A stretch of 51,442 nucleotides of DNA from positions 1 to 51,442 of the forward strand of contig JBGTMF010000265.1 in NCBI GenBank assembly GCA_041743795.1, written 5' to 3'. How positions within the stretch are numbered: position 1 is the first letter of the stretch; the number at the start of each line of letters is the position of its first letter. This stretch comes from Thermodesulfobacteriota bacterium. GTDB lineage: Bacteria > Desulfobacterota > Binatia > HRBIN30 > CADEER01. Below the pieces are notes generated by a model. That model saw nothing but the letters and a program-made list of their open reading frames with translations. It made no database searches and was not told the origin of the DNA. Both the position numbers and the translations under genes were made by a program. Of the stretch, positions 35,601-44,169 are shown piece by piece.

Positions 35601-36608
35601 TCACACGCCCCAGAACTCCGCCTTACTGCTGCGCGAGAGCAATGAGCCTACCGCCTCCGTTGCCGACTTCCCCTCGTGAAGGAACTGCCGGACCTGCTCG
35701 CAGATCGGCAATTCGACGCCGAGCTTGTGCGACAGCGCGATCACAGTCTCGCTGTTACGCACTCCTTCGGCCACCATCTTCATCTCCACGAGGATGTCGG
35801 CGAGCTGTTCGCCGCGACCCAGTCGCAAGCCGAGTGAGCGGTTTCTGCTCAAGTCCCCGGTGCAGGTCAAGATCAAGTCCCCGGCTCCCGAGAGACCCGA
35901 CGAGGTCTGTGGATCGCCTCCCGCACTCGCCACCAGCCGTGCCGTTTCGGTGATACCGCGGGTGATTACCGCGGCCCGCGTGCTGTTGCCAAAGCCCATG
36001 CCGTCGCTGACCCCGGCGGCGATGGCGATGACGTTCTTTGCTGCACCGCTGAGTTCGACGCCGATCACGTCGGTGCTGCTGTAAACTCGGAACTTCGGCG
36101 ACGCGAACAACCGCTGGATGCGCTCGGCCGCGGCCGCCTCCGGCGCAGCCACGGTGACCGCCGTCGGCATCCCGGCGGCCACCTCGCGAGCGAAACTGGG
36201 GCCCGAAAGCGCGCCGATTCTGCCCCGATGCGCCGTGCCGAGCACATCGGTGAGAACTTCCGTCATCATCTCGAGAGTGCCCGCCTCGATGCCTTTCGAG
36301 GCGCTTACGATCAACGGCTCACCGTCGATCAGCGGGCCCGCCGGAGCGAACACCTCGCGCATCACATGCGAGGGGCAGGCAGCGACTATCGCCTCGGCGC
36401 CGGCGAGCGCTTCGTCGAGTTCCGTTGTCGTCCGCACATTCTGCGGCAGGGTGAATCCGGGCAGATAGACCTGGTTCTCCCGCGTGCGCCGAGTGATCTC
36501 CTCGGTCGAGGCGTCGTGAAACCACAGGATGACTTCGTTGCCGATGCCGGCGACGAGACGGGCCAGCGCCGTTCCCCAACTACCTCCACCAATGACCGCA
36601 ACCTTCAT
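35601..36608 (-). CDS. gpsA: NAD(P)H-dependent glycerol-3-phosphate dehydrogenase
   Basis: MKVAVIGGGSWGTALA Rossmann start and GFGNSTRAAVITRGITE. Overall GpsA length. Confidence 0.92.
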   Translation of the reverse strand: MKVAVIGGGSWGTALARLVAGIGNEVILWFHDASTEEITRRTRENQVYLPGFTLPQNVRTTTELDEALAGAEAIVAACPSHVMREVFAPAGPLIDGEPLIVSASKGIEAGTLEMMTEVLTDVLGTAHRGRIGALSGPSFAREVAAGMPTAVTVAAPEAAAAERIQRLFASPKFRVYSSTDVIGVELSGAAKNVIAIAAGVSDGMGFGNSTRAAVITRGITETARLVASAGGDPQTSSGLSGAGDLILTCTGDLSRNRSLGLRLGRGEQLADILVEMKMVAEGVRNSETVIALSHKLGVELPICEQVRQFLHEGKSATEAVGSLLSRSSKAEFWGV

Positions 36609-36762
36609 TAGAACACCAGATCCGCCGGACATCCTGCCATGATCTGACGCCGATGTGGAAGTGAATCCCCTGACCACCAGACGAGTATCCGCTGGCTGAT
36701 TCGACCCGACCCTCTACCCGCGCAGGAAATTCCTTGACCTATGAAGCCCGGATTGCGAGGAT

Positions 36763-36837
36763 CCCTCATTCCACTTTGGGGGTATTGGTTGCCGTGCGGC
36801 AGACTTCGTCGTGCCCCCGTCTGACATGTAATGAGGG
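36763..36837 (+). promoter_or_regulatory. Three-tier 5'-leader hairpin whose outer stem covers the Shine-Dalgarno of the PHP giant
   Basis: CCCTCATT (36763-36770) pairs with AATGAGGG (36830-36837, part of GAGGGGG before ATG 36844). Nested within it are GGGGG 36778-36782 / CCCCC 36814-36818 and TGCCG 36790-36794 / CGGCA 36797-36801. Confidence 0.3.
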
Positions 36838-36843
36838 GGTTTC

Positions 36844-39800
36844 ATGGCGAATTTCATGCGCGCCGCGTGCGTTGCGGTGGCGGTCGTGTTCTCGTATCTC
36901 TCGGCAGCCGAGGCCGTTCCACTAAGTACGGACGAGGCCAGGTGCCAGAAGATCGTCGGAGTTCAGAGCCGCGTCCTGGTCAAAAAGCGTTTCAAGGCGC
37001 TGCAGAAGTGCAATGACCTGATCTACAAGGGAAAGTTGCCGGCGGGTACCGACTGCACCCTCGAGTCAAAAGCAGCGGCCAAGATCAGCAAGGCCGATAT
37101 CAAGTTCGACGCCAAGGTCCAGGCTAAGTGTCCGGACCCGATTGTTGCCGGTTTGGACTTCGGCGGCCAGTGTTACGGTGTGACGACGGCGGCGGCGCTC
37201 TCCGATTGCCTGCTACAGGAGCACAGCGCCTCTGCCGACGATTTGATCGCGACGGCCTACCCGGCGAAGCCGGTAAGGCAGTGCGTCGGCGGTGTAAATA
37301 ACGGCCGCTTTTGTCTAGGCCCCGCCGCTTGCCCCGCCCCCGGCGTGTGCGTCGTTCCCGGTCGCACCTGCGACGGCGGGTCGAACGACGGCACACTCTG
37401 CGCAGTCGACGCCAATTGCACAGGTGGCGGCTTGTGCCTACCCAGCAAGGCTCAAACGAAATGCGCCAAGGGCGTTGGCGGCGTGGTTGCGAAGCAAGCC
37501 GACAAACGAATGTCGACGGTTCAGAAGTGCAAGAAATTGGTGGCTAAAGGAAAGCTCCCCGCGAACACGAATTGCGTCGTCGAGGGCCAGGACAAGATCG
37601 ACAAGCTGACTACCAAGTCGATCGCGAAAGTGAAGAAACTGTGCCCGCCTGCAGTCGTGGCGACAATGATGTTCGGTGGCTCATGTGGCGGTGCCGACGA
37701 TCAGGATAGTGTCGCGGCCTGCGGAACCTGCTCCGCCGACAACACCGCGGATAGCATGATCGCCGTCCAGCACGGAACTGGCGCAATCGTCGGCGGCGCG
37801 ACTGCAATGCAGATCGCCGACAGTGCCGACTGTGTCGAAGGTCCGCAGAGCCGTTGCCGAGTCGGCGACTACCTGCTCGCCAACGATGCGATTCGCGTCG
37901 TCGTGCAGGATATCCAACGCAACTACCTAGCCGGCATCGGGCAATTCGGCGGACAGATCATCGATGCGGATCTGGTCCGCACCGTCGGCGACGACCGCGA
38001 CAGCTTCGAAGAGTGGGCCATCTCGCTCAACATCGAGAGCACGGCGCACTACACCAACATGACGGTGCTGAACGACGGCAGCAACGGCGGCGCGGCGGTT
38101 CTCCGCGCCACGGGTGTCGACGATCTGCTCGACCTGCTCAATCCAAGTTCGGTCATCGCCGACTTCGGTCTCCTGCTACCGGCGACTGTCGACGATGTAG
38201 ATATTCCGGTAACTGTGCAGACCGACTATATCTTGGAGCCGGGAGCCAAGTTCGTTCGCGTCGAGACCACCGTGCTCAACACCGACCCGAGCACGCTGGA
38301 TATCTTCTTCGGCGAGTTCATCAACGGTGGCGGTCAACTCGAGTTGTTCCAGTCAGGTTACGGTTTCGGCGAGCCGCTCGTCACCTCCCCCTGCATCAGC
38401 GGTAAGTGCGATCGACTCGCCAACATGGTTGCCTACAGCGGCGAGCTCGACTCCGATGGAGTCTCCTACGCGTATCTCACGGAAACCCCCGGGAGTTCGA
38501 CGTTCACCACGTCGGGCGTCACAGTGCCTCAGCTGGGTATTCCCGTCCTGTCAGCACTCGTCGGCTTGGCACAACCAAATTTCGAGCTGGCGCCGACCGG
38601 ATTGGATGGCGACAGCCTTACGTTCACGCGCTACTTCCTGGTCGGTGACGGCACCGTCAGCTCGCTGATCGACACGCGAAACGAGGCCATGTGCATTCCC
38701 TTTGGCACCATCGAGGGCACCGTCGACGTCGGCGGTATTCCGGTAGCCGGCGCCGACATCGCCGTTCTCAGCGTACCGATTCTCGGGCCCGGCGGTGACC
38801 CTCCCTTCAACCCCCTCTTGTCGCGCAACGTGGTCACCCATACGCGCACCGACGCAGCAGGAGAGTATTCGGTCACACTGCCACCGGGTAGCTATAACGT
38901 AGTGGCCAACCTCGATGGTTCGCCGTTTGAAGGCGGAGGCGGCACGCCCGTAGAGCACCCCGTAGCACTGGCGGCTTTCGCCTCCGTCACGCGAGACATC
39001 ACGCTGCCCGAAACGGGAACGCTGCGGGTCACCGTCCTCGACGAAAACTCCGCGCCGATCGCCGCACGCGTCTCAGTCGTCGGCTTCGACCCGTCCCCCG
39101 ATCTGGTGGTGACGCAAAATCCACCCTTGATCAGCAACCGTACGACTGTCTTCGGTGACCGGGGGCAGGACGGTTTCCCGTACGGTATCGCCTACGCCAC
39201 CTTCGCCGATCACTCAGGCGACACCGGAGATCTGCCCCTCGAGCCGGGCAGTTACCGCGTCTACGTTTCGCACGGAACGGAGTACTCGATCGATTTCGAC
39301 GACGTGACGATCACCGCGGGCGGCACGACAACGGTCAACGGCGTCGTCGAGCGGGTCATCGATTCGACGGGCTTCGTCTCCGGCGACTTTCACGTTCACT
39401 CGATCGACAGTCCCGACTCCGCCATCAGCCGCGCCGACCGTGTCGTCTCGATGCTCGGGGAAGGCGTCGACTTCTTTGCCTCCACGGATCACGGTTTCCG
39501 GTCCGACTTCACCTCGACGCTCGCCGATCTAGGCGTCGCTCACCTGCTGTCGACGACGATCGGACAGGAGATCACCACCTTCGACTACGGCCACTTCAAC
39601 GCCTGGCCGCTCGATTTCTATCCCGGTCTGCCGAACGGCGGCTACATCGATCACGGCGGCGCGGCGCCGGACGGGATGGACTACCCGTCGGCCGGGTACT
39701 ACAGCGAGACTCCCGCCGACATCATCGCCTTAGCTCACGCCGATTATTCGGGCGGCCCCAATACGGTCCAGATCAACCACATCCACAGCCATTTCGGCGT

Positions 39801-40860
39801 TGATGGCGGATCGGGCTTGGCTATCGACACCGGATTGACGCCTCCCTCATCGGCCGTTCCCGCCGCGGCCAGGCGGCTCGATCCGCTGGTCCCCGACTTC
39901 TTCACCGACACGTTCGACGCGTTGGAGATCTGGATCGGCGACAGCCGCGGACAGATCCTCGACAATTTCCTGGGGCAGAACACAGGTGTCTGGTTCAACC
40001 TGCTCAACCAGGGAATCATTTCCACCGGCGTCGCCAACTCCGATACGCACCGGCGCTTCACGACGCAGGCCGGCTTCCCGCGTACGATGGTCGCCTCGCT
40101 GACGGATGATCCCGGTTCGATCAATCAGGACGACGTATCGGCCGGCGTCAACACCGGCCGTGCTCTAGGCACCAACGGGCCGATGATTCGCGTCACGGCG
40201 CACGCTTCGTCGACCGGTGAAAGCGGCGGGCTCGACCTCGGTCGATGTACTGGTGTCGTCCCCTGCACCAACGTCGGCGACTGTTCGCCCTGTACGGACG
40301 ACAGCCAGTGTCTGATCGGCGAAACGTGCACGGCGATGCCGACGCTGATCACGACTTCCGACGGGGCCGTCGATATCACCGTCGACGTGCAGAGTCCGAC
40401 CTGGGCGCCCTTCGACAAGATCGAGTTCTACGTCAACTCGACGACGACCACGGTGACGACCCCCAACGTGCAAACCGGTGCCGGACTGATCAGCGTCAAA
40501 ACCTATACGTTGACGCCCGACTTCGTTCACACGGATGGCGCCGAGTTCACCGTCGGCAGTGTTCTAGTACCGGGCACCGGCTCTTCCCGCCTCGAGGCGA
40601 GCACGACGCTCAGTCTCACCGGGTTGAGCGATGACGCCTGGATCGTCGTCATGGTCACCGGCACCGACGGTGTCTCCGAGCCGCTCTTCCCAGTGGTTCC
40701 GAACAGCATCACCACCGGGACGAATCCGAATCTGGCGAGTTTGATCGACGGCAACCTGGGCGAAGGGGGTATCCCCGCACTCGCCTTCACCAACCCCGTC
40801 TTCATCAATGCCGACGGCGTCGCCGGTTGGCAGGCCCCGGGAGTGCAGATTGCTCCCTGA
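36844..40860 (+). CDS. Giant exported protein: duplicated Cys-rich helical module, Cys-knot linker, CarboxypepD_reg-like domain, PHP-family metallophosphoesterase domain
   Basis: Signal peptide MANFMRAACVAVAVVFSYLSAAEA. Two ~100-aa modules (C..KC..KGKLPAxT[DN]C..KCP..FGG.C) at aa 34-138 and 207-310. GTIEGTVDVGGIPVAGADIAV..TDAAGEYSVTLPPGSYNV. PHP motifs GDFHVHS, FASTDHG, INHIHSH, ALEIW and NSDTH. Confidence 0.8.
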   Translation: MANFMRAACVAVAVVFSYLSAAEAVPLSTDEARCQKIVGVQSRVLVKKRFKALQKCNDLIYKGKLPAGTDCTLESKAAAKISKADIKFDAKVQAKCPDPIVAGLDFGGQCYGVTTAAALSDCLLQEHSASADDLIATAYPAKPVRQCVGGVNNGRFCLGPAACPAPGVCVVPGRTCDGGSNDGTLCAVDANCTGGGLCLPSKAQTKCAKGVGGVVAKQADKRMSTVQKCKKLVAKGKLPANTNCVVEGQDKIDKLTTKSIAKVKKLCPPAVVATMMFGGSCGGADDQDSVAACGTCSADNTADSMIAVQHGTGAIVGGATAMQIADSADCVEGPQSRCRVGDYLLANDAIRVVVQDIQRNYLAGIGQFGGQIIDADLVRTVGDDRDSFEEWAISLNIESTAHYTNMTVLNDGSNGGAAVLRATGVDDLLDLLNPSSVIADFGLLLPATVDDVDIPVTVQTDYILEPGAKFVRVETTVLNTDPSTLDIFFGEFINGGGQLELFQSGYGFGEPLVTSPCISGKCDRLANMVAYSGELDSDGVSYAYLTETPGSSTFTTSGVTVPQLGIPVLSALVGLAQPNFELAPTGLDGDSLTFTRYFLVGDGTVSSLIDTRNEAMCIPFGTIEGTVDVGGIPVAGADIAVLSVPILGPGGDPPFNPLLSRNVVTHTRTDAAGEYSVTLPPGSYNVVANLDGSPFEGGGGTPVEHPVALAAFASVTRDITLPETGTLRVTVLDENSAPIAARVSVVGFDPSPDLVVTQNPPLISNRTTVFGDRGQDGFPYGIAYATFADHSGDTGDLPLEPGSYRVYVSHGTEYSIDFDDVTITAGGTTTVNGVVERVIDSTGFVSGDFHVHSIDSPDSAISRADRVVSMLGEGVDFFASTDHGFRSDFTSTLADLGVAHLLSTTIGQEITTFDYGHFNAWPLDFYPGLPNGGYIDHGGAAPDGMDYPSAGYYSETPADIIALAHADYSGGPNTVQINHIHSHFGVDGGSGLAIDTGLTPPSSAVPAAARRLDPLVPDFFTDTFDALEIWIGDSRGQILDNFLGQNTGVWFNLLNQGIISTGVANSDTHRRFTTQAGFPRTMVASLTDDPGSINQDDVSAGVNTGRALGTNGPMIRVTAHASSTGESGGLDLGRCTGVVPCTNVGDCSPCTDDSQCLIGETCTAMPTLITTSDGAVDITVDVQSPTWAPFDKIEFYVNSTTTTVTTPNVQTGAGLISVKTYTLTPDFVHTDGAEFTVGSVLVPGTGSSRLEASTTLSLTGLSDDAWIVVMVTGTDGVSEPLFPVVPNSITTGTNPNLASLIDGNLGEGGIPALAFTNPVFINADGVAGWQAPGVQIAP

Positions 40861-40877
40861 TCGATCCCGCATCGACA

Positions 40878-40901
40878 CCCCGTGGCGACCCCGCCACGGG
40901 G
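40878..40901 (+). terminator. Perfect 10-bp GC hairpin just after the giant CDS
   Basis: CCCCGTGGCG (40878-40887), loop ACCC, CGCCACGGGG (40892-40901), 18 nt after the stop. There is no U-tract and its last base is the G of the candidate GTG start of the next gene. Confidence 0.4.
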
Positions 40902-42223
40902 TGTCCCTCAACTCCGCGCATGGTCGGTACAGCCATGCGCGTTTTTTTAACTGCTTCCCGACGACCACCTTGCTGGCGCTGGCGGGTGTTGCTCTCACCG
41001 CGCTGATCTTGGCGCCGGAGGTCGAGGCGAGTCACGCGCCGCGAGTTCGCGAACTGATCCGTCGGGCGAGCCTGATTGGCGTCGGCAGAATCGCGGCGAC
41101 GGAGGATTTCGATCACGGGCGCATCCGGGTTCACGACGTCGTGCTCGAGCAGGAGCTGAAGCCGGGCGAAAGCACATCGGCGCGGACGGTCCGCGCCGTA
41201 TCGATCACCGACCAACCAGGCGGAGCCGTCGCTGAAGCCCATGTAGTCGGCGTCGCATTTCTACAGCCGCTGCGGCGCAACAGTTATCTCGACCAGAACC
41301 TGACGGCGACACAGGGGCTCTACGAGTTCGTCGACGGTCGCGACGGCTGGTTGCAAGCGAGCGATTCAAGTTCACTGGATGCGATGCGTGCGCCAATCGA
41401 AGCGATCGTCAAGCAAAGTCGGGCGCCGGCTGCCGGCATCGCGCAGCGCGGACAGCTGGTTCGAGCCGTCGCCTTCGGCCTACTCTCGGCACCACACCCT
41501 CTCCTCGCCAAAGACGGCATCGACAGCTTGTCGTCGATTGCGAATCTGGCTGGCTCCTTGACCGAGAGCGAGTCGGGAATTCTCGCCGCGGCGCTGGCTA
41601 ATTCAGCTCTTCCGGTGCCGACGCGCACGGCTCTGATCGACGAGATCGCAGCCCTCGACCTGCGCCAGTTGGTCGGCCCGCTGCAAGAACTGTCCGAGCC
41701 GAAGTTGCGCCTGGCAGCCCTGGCAGCCCTCCGCAAATTGGGTGCACCGGCTTCTGAGAAAAGCCTGCGGCAGCTCTTGGCGAGCGAGGAGCCCTTGGTC
41801 CGATCGGCTGCCGCCCGCGAGCTGCTCGCCACGGAAGCAAGCGAGGCAATCCCGCTGGTGGCCGGCAGCCTACTGCGCGACGCCAACAAGGAAGTGCGTC
41901 TCGATACGATCGAGGCGCTCGGAGAAACCCGATCACCGGAGGCGGTGACGCCGCTCGAAGGCGTCTTCGCCGGTGAGGATATCGAAGAGCGCCAGGCCTC
42001 GGCACGCGCCTTGCGCGAGATCGGCGGCGAAGTCGCGGCAGAGGCGCTCCATCGCCTTGCCTTTGCCGGATCGGTCGACTCCCAACGCTACGCGGTCATC
42101 GTTCTTTTATCGCTCGGCGTCGGTACCGACGACCGACGCGTTCGAGATATCGCCAAGCGCCATACTGACGAGAAGATCACTGAGATGCTCGAGCACGGTC
42201 TCGAGCTCGGACACCACCACTGA
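40901..42223 (+). CDS. Exported HEAT-repeat protein
   Basis: A GTG 40901 start gives the signal peptide MSLNSAHGRYSHARFFNCFPTTTLLALAGVALTALILAPEVEA. The C-terminal half has PBS-lyase/HEAT-like repeats (EEPLVRSAAARELL, DANKEVRLDTIEALGETRSPEAV, IEERQASARALREIGGEVA). The ATG 40808 alternative overlaps the upstream gene. Confidence 0.68.
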   Translation: MSLNSAHGRYSHARFFNCFPTTTLLALAGVALTALILAPEVEASHAPRVRELIRRASLIGVGRIAATEDFDHGRIRVHDVVLEQELKPGESTSARTVRAVSITDQPGGAVAEAHVVGVAFLQPLRRNSYLDQNLTATQGLYEFVDGRDGWLQASDSSSLDAMRAPIEAIVKQSRAPAAGIAQRGQLVRAVAFGLLSAPHPLLAKDGIDSLSSIANLAGSLTESESGILAAALANSALPVPTRTALIDEIAALDLRQLVGPLQELSEPKLRLAALAALRKLGAPASEKSLRQLLASEEPLVRSAAARELLATEASEAIPLVAGSLLRDANKEVRLDTIEALGETRSPEAVTPLEGVFAGEDIEERQASARALREIGGEVAAEALHRLAFAGSVDSQRYAVIVLLSLGVGTDDRRVRDIAKRHTDEKITEMLEHGLELGHHH

Positions 42224-42230
42224 GATCGCC

Positions 42231-42665
42231 GTGATCGAGCGCATACCGCGATGGGCTCGCGCCCTGATGTTCACCGTGACAGCGGCGCTGGTGGGATTTC
42301 CCCACATCGTCGCCGCCCATACCCAAGCAGTGGCCGTGCGAGAGATCGTGCGGCTGCGGGGTACGGTGGCGACACCGGAGTCATCGTGCAAGGAGTCGGA
42401 GGTCTCGGTCCGCGCGCTGGCAAGGACGCTGCGACTGTGCGGTAGCGAGATTCGCCGGATCGCCACGGCCGCCGCCGATATCGACGACCAGGCGTCCCTT
42501 CCGGTGGCGTTCGACCTGCAGGGCGAACGCGAACCTCTGGCGCTGATCCTCGGCGCCTCTGCCGGCACACGCATCTCGATCTTGGCCGAGTGGCGCCCGG
42601 GTCGCCGCGATCTTTTCCTCATCGATGCGGACCTCTGCGCCTGTGGCGAGAAGCCGACCGAATGA
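42231..42665 (+). CDS. Small exported hypothetical protein
   Basis: GTG lies 7 nt after the HEAT stop (or ATG 42267). Signal-like MFTVTAALVGFPHIVAAHT. Four Cys. Its stop overlaps the next start (ATGA). Confidence 0.5.
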   Translation: MIERIPRWARALMFTVTAALVGFPHIVAAHTQAVAVREIVRLRGTVATPESSCKESEVSVRALARTLRLCGSEIRRIATAAADIDDQASLPVAFDLQGEREPLALILGASAGTRISILAEWRPGRRDLFLIDADLCACGEKPTE

Positions 42666-43252
42666 GCTCGTTGGACGCAATGGTTCGTCCCACCCCGACG
42701 TCCGCTGGCAATCATCTGCGAGTTGCGCGTCGCCTGTATTGGCATCACGGCATCGACATGGGCGACGGCACGGTGATCCACGCAAGCGGCGAACCCGGTC
42801 GCATGAAGCTCGACGCGGAAGTGCGGCGCTCGACGATCTCCGAGTTCCAGCGCGGCGGCACTGTGGTCGTCGTCAACGCGGCGATCCGCCTGCAACCCGA
42901 GGAAATCACGGCGCGCGCCCTGACCGCTCTCGGCGGCCGCGATTACAGCTTGCTGTTCAACAACTGCGAGCACTTCGCGCGCTGGTGCGAAACCGGTGAA
43001 GCGTCGAGTCGGCAGGTAGACAGCTTCGCCCTGGCGGGAGCGGCGGCGGGAGTCGGCGCACGCGTACTGCTCGGTGCGGCGACGCGGCGGGTTGGCGCCT
43101 CGATGGCGCTGGCGGTGCTGCCGGTGGCCGTACCGATTTCGACAACGTTGGCAATTGCCGGACTCGCGGTGGCAGTGAGTTCGCGCCTGCGCCGACCCGG
43201 CGGTCGCGGCACGCCGCGACGTTTATCCACCGTCGCCGATTCGCCAACCTGA
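42662..43252 (+). CDS. LRAT/PLAAT-like NlpC/P60-superfamily acyltransferase/phospholipase with C-terminal membrane anchor
   Basis: YWHHGIDMGDGTVIHAS (compare HWAIYVGDGYVVHLA of the animal PLAAT proteins) and the hallmark NCEHFARWC. Two C-terminal hydrophobic segments are followed by RLRRPGGRG. Confidence 0.8.
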   Translation: MSSLDAMVRPTPTSAGNHLRVARRLYWHHGIDMGDGTVIHASGEPGRMKLDAEVRRSTISEFQRGGTVVVVNAAIRLQPEEITARALTALGGRDYSLLFNNCEHFARWCETGEASSRQVDSFALAGAAAGVGARVLLGAATRRVGASMALAVLPVAVPISTTLAIAGLAVAVSSRLRRPGGRGTPRRLSTVADSPT

Positions 43253-43316
43253 CAAGGGCCGGATTCCTTCGTGGTCTTTGTGCCCTTCGTGCTGAAAGTC
43301 TCTTGTCGCAATGAGG

Positions 43317-44168
43317 CTAAGCTCGACGTGCGCGCACGATCCACGTCGAGCCGCGCATGAACAAGCCGTTCTCGTCGATATAGGGCTGCAGCGCCGCCTC
43401 GATCGATTCGCTGACCCGCGCCTGGAGATCCGGCGCCGCCTCGCCGAGCAGTCGGCTGGTCGGGCCCATTTGCATGACGATGCGCACGATCTCTTCGAGC
43501 GGGCGCCCCTTGCCGATTTGCAGTGAGCTATCGTGTCGATCCACCTCGATGCCGGCGAAGCCAGCCGTGCTCAGGATCCGCCGCACCCGATCGCCATCGG
43601 CAAAGGCAAACGGGCCGGGTGCGTTCGGGTCGGGAATCTGCGGCAGCGGCAAGTGTTCGAGCGCGGCGCGCAGGGGAACGATCATCCACTCGTTCTGATC
43701 GATGCTTCTCCAGCAGATGAAGGACAAAACGCCTTCGTTCCGCAAGGCGCTGCGTAAGTTGGCGAACGCCTGCTCAGGGTCGGCGAAGAACATCACGCCA
43801 AAGCGCGAGAAGACGGCGTCGAAGCGTTCCTGGAAGGAATGCACCTGCGCATCCGCCTGCTGGAACGTCACGTTGTCTAAGCCGTTGTCTCGCGCTGCCT
43901 GTTGGGCGCGATGCAACATTGGCGCCGATAGGTCAACGCCGACGACCGCGCCACCCGCACCGACGCGGCGCGCCAACTGGATCGTCGTAGTGCCGCAACC
44001 GCAGCCGACGTCGAGGACGGTCGCACCCTCGATGGGACCCAGTCGGTCCATCGCCTCTGTACCGAGATCCTGCAGCTGGGCATCGATGAAGGACTGCAAC
44101 TCGACCCACTTCGGACCCGCCTGCTTGTCCCAGTACTCCGCTTGTTCCTCATTGGCCAAACTTTCCAC
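43317..44168 (-). CDS. Class I SAM-dependent methyltransferase
   Basis: Motif I VLDVGCGCGTTT and post-I/II blocks. Last gene of a three-gene operon. Confidence 0.88.
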   Translation of the reverse strand: MESLANEEQAEYWDKQAGPKWVELQSFIDAQLQDLGTEAMDRLGPIEGATVLDVGCGCGTTTIQLARRVGAGGAVVGVDLSAPMLHRAQQAARDNGLDNVTFQQADAQVHSFQERFDAVFSRFGVMFFADPEQAFANLRSALRNEGVLSFICWRSIDQNEWMIVPLRAALEHLPLPQIPDPNAPGPFAFADGDRVRRILSTAGFAGIEVDRHDSSLQIGKGRPLEEIVRIVMQMGPTSRLLGEAAPDLQARVSESIEAALQPYIDENGLFMRGSTWIVRARRA

Positions 44169-44169
44169 G

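Noticed and set aside
40808-40900. ATG 40808 as start of the HEAT-repeat gene
   Set aside because: It would overlap the upstream giant CDS by 53 nt and read through the 10-bp GC hairpin. GTG 40901 gives a normal n-h-c signal peptide. It is kept only as an alternative.
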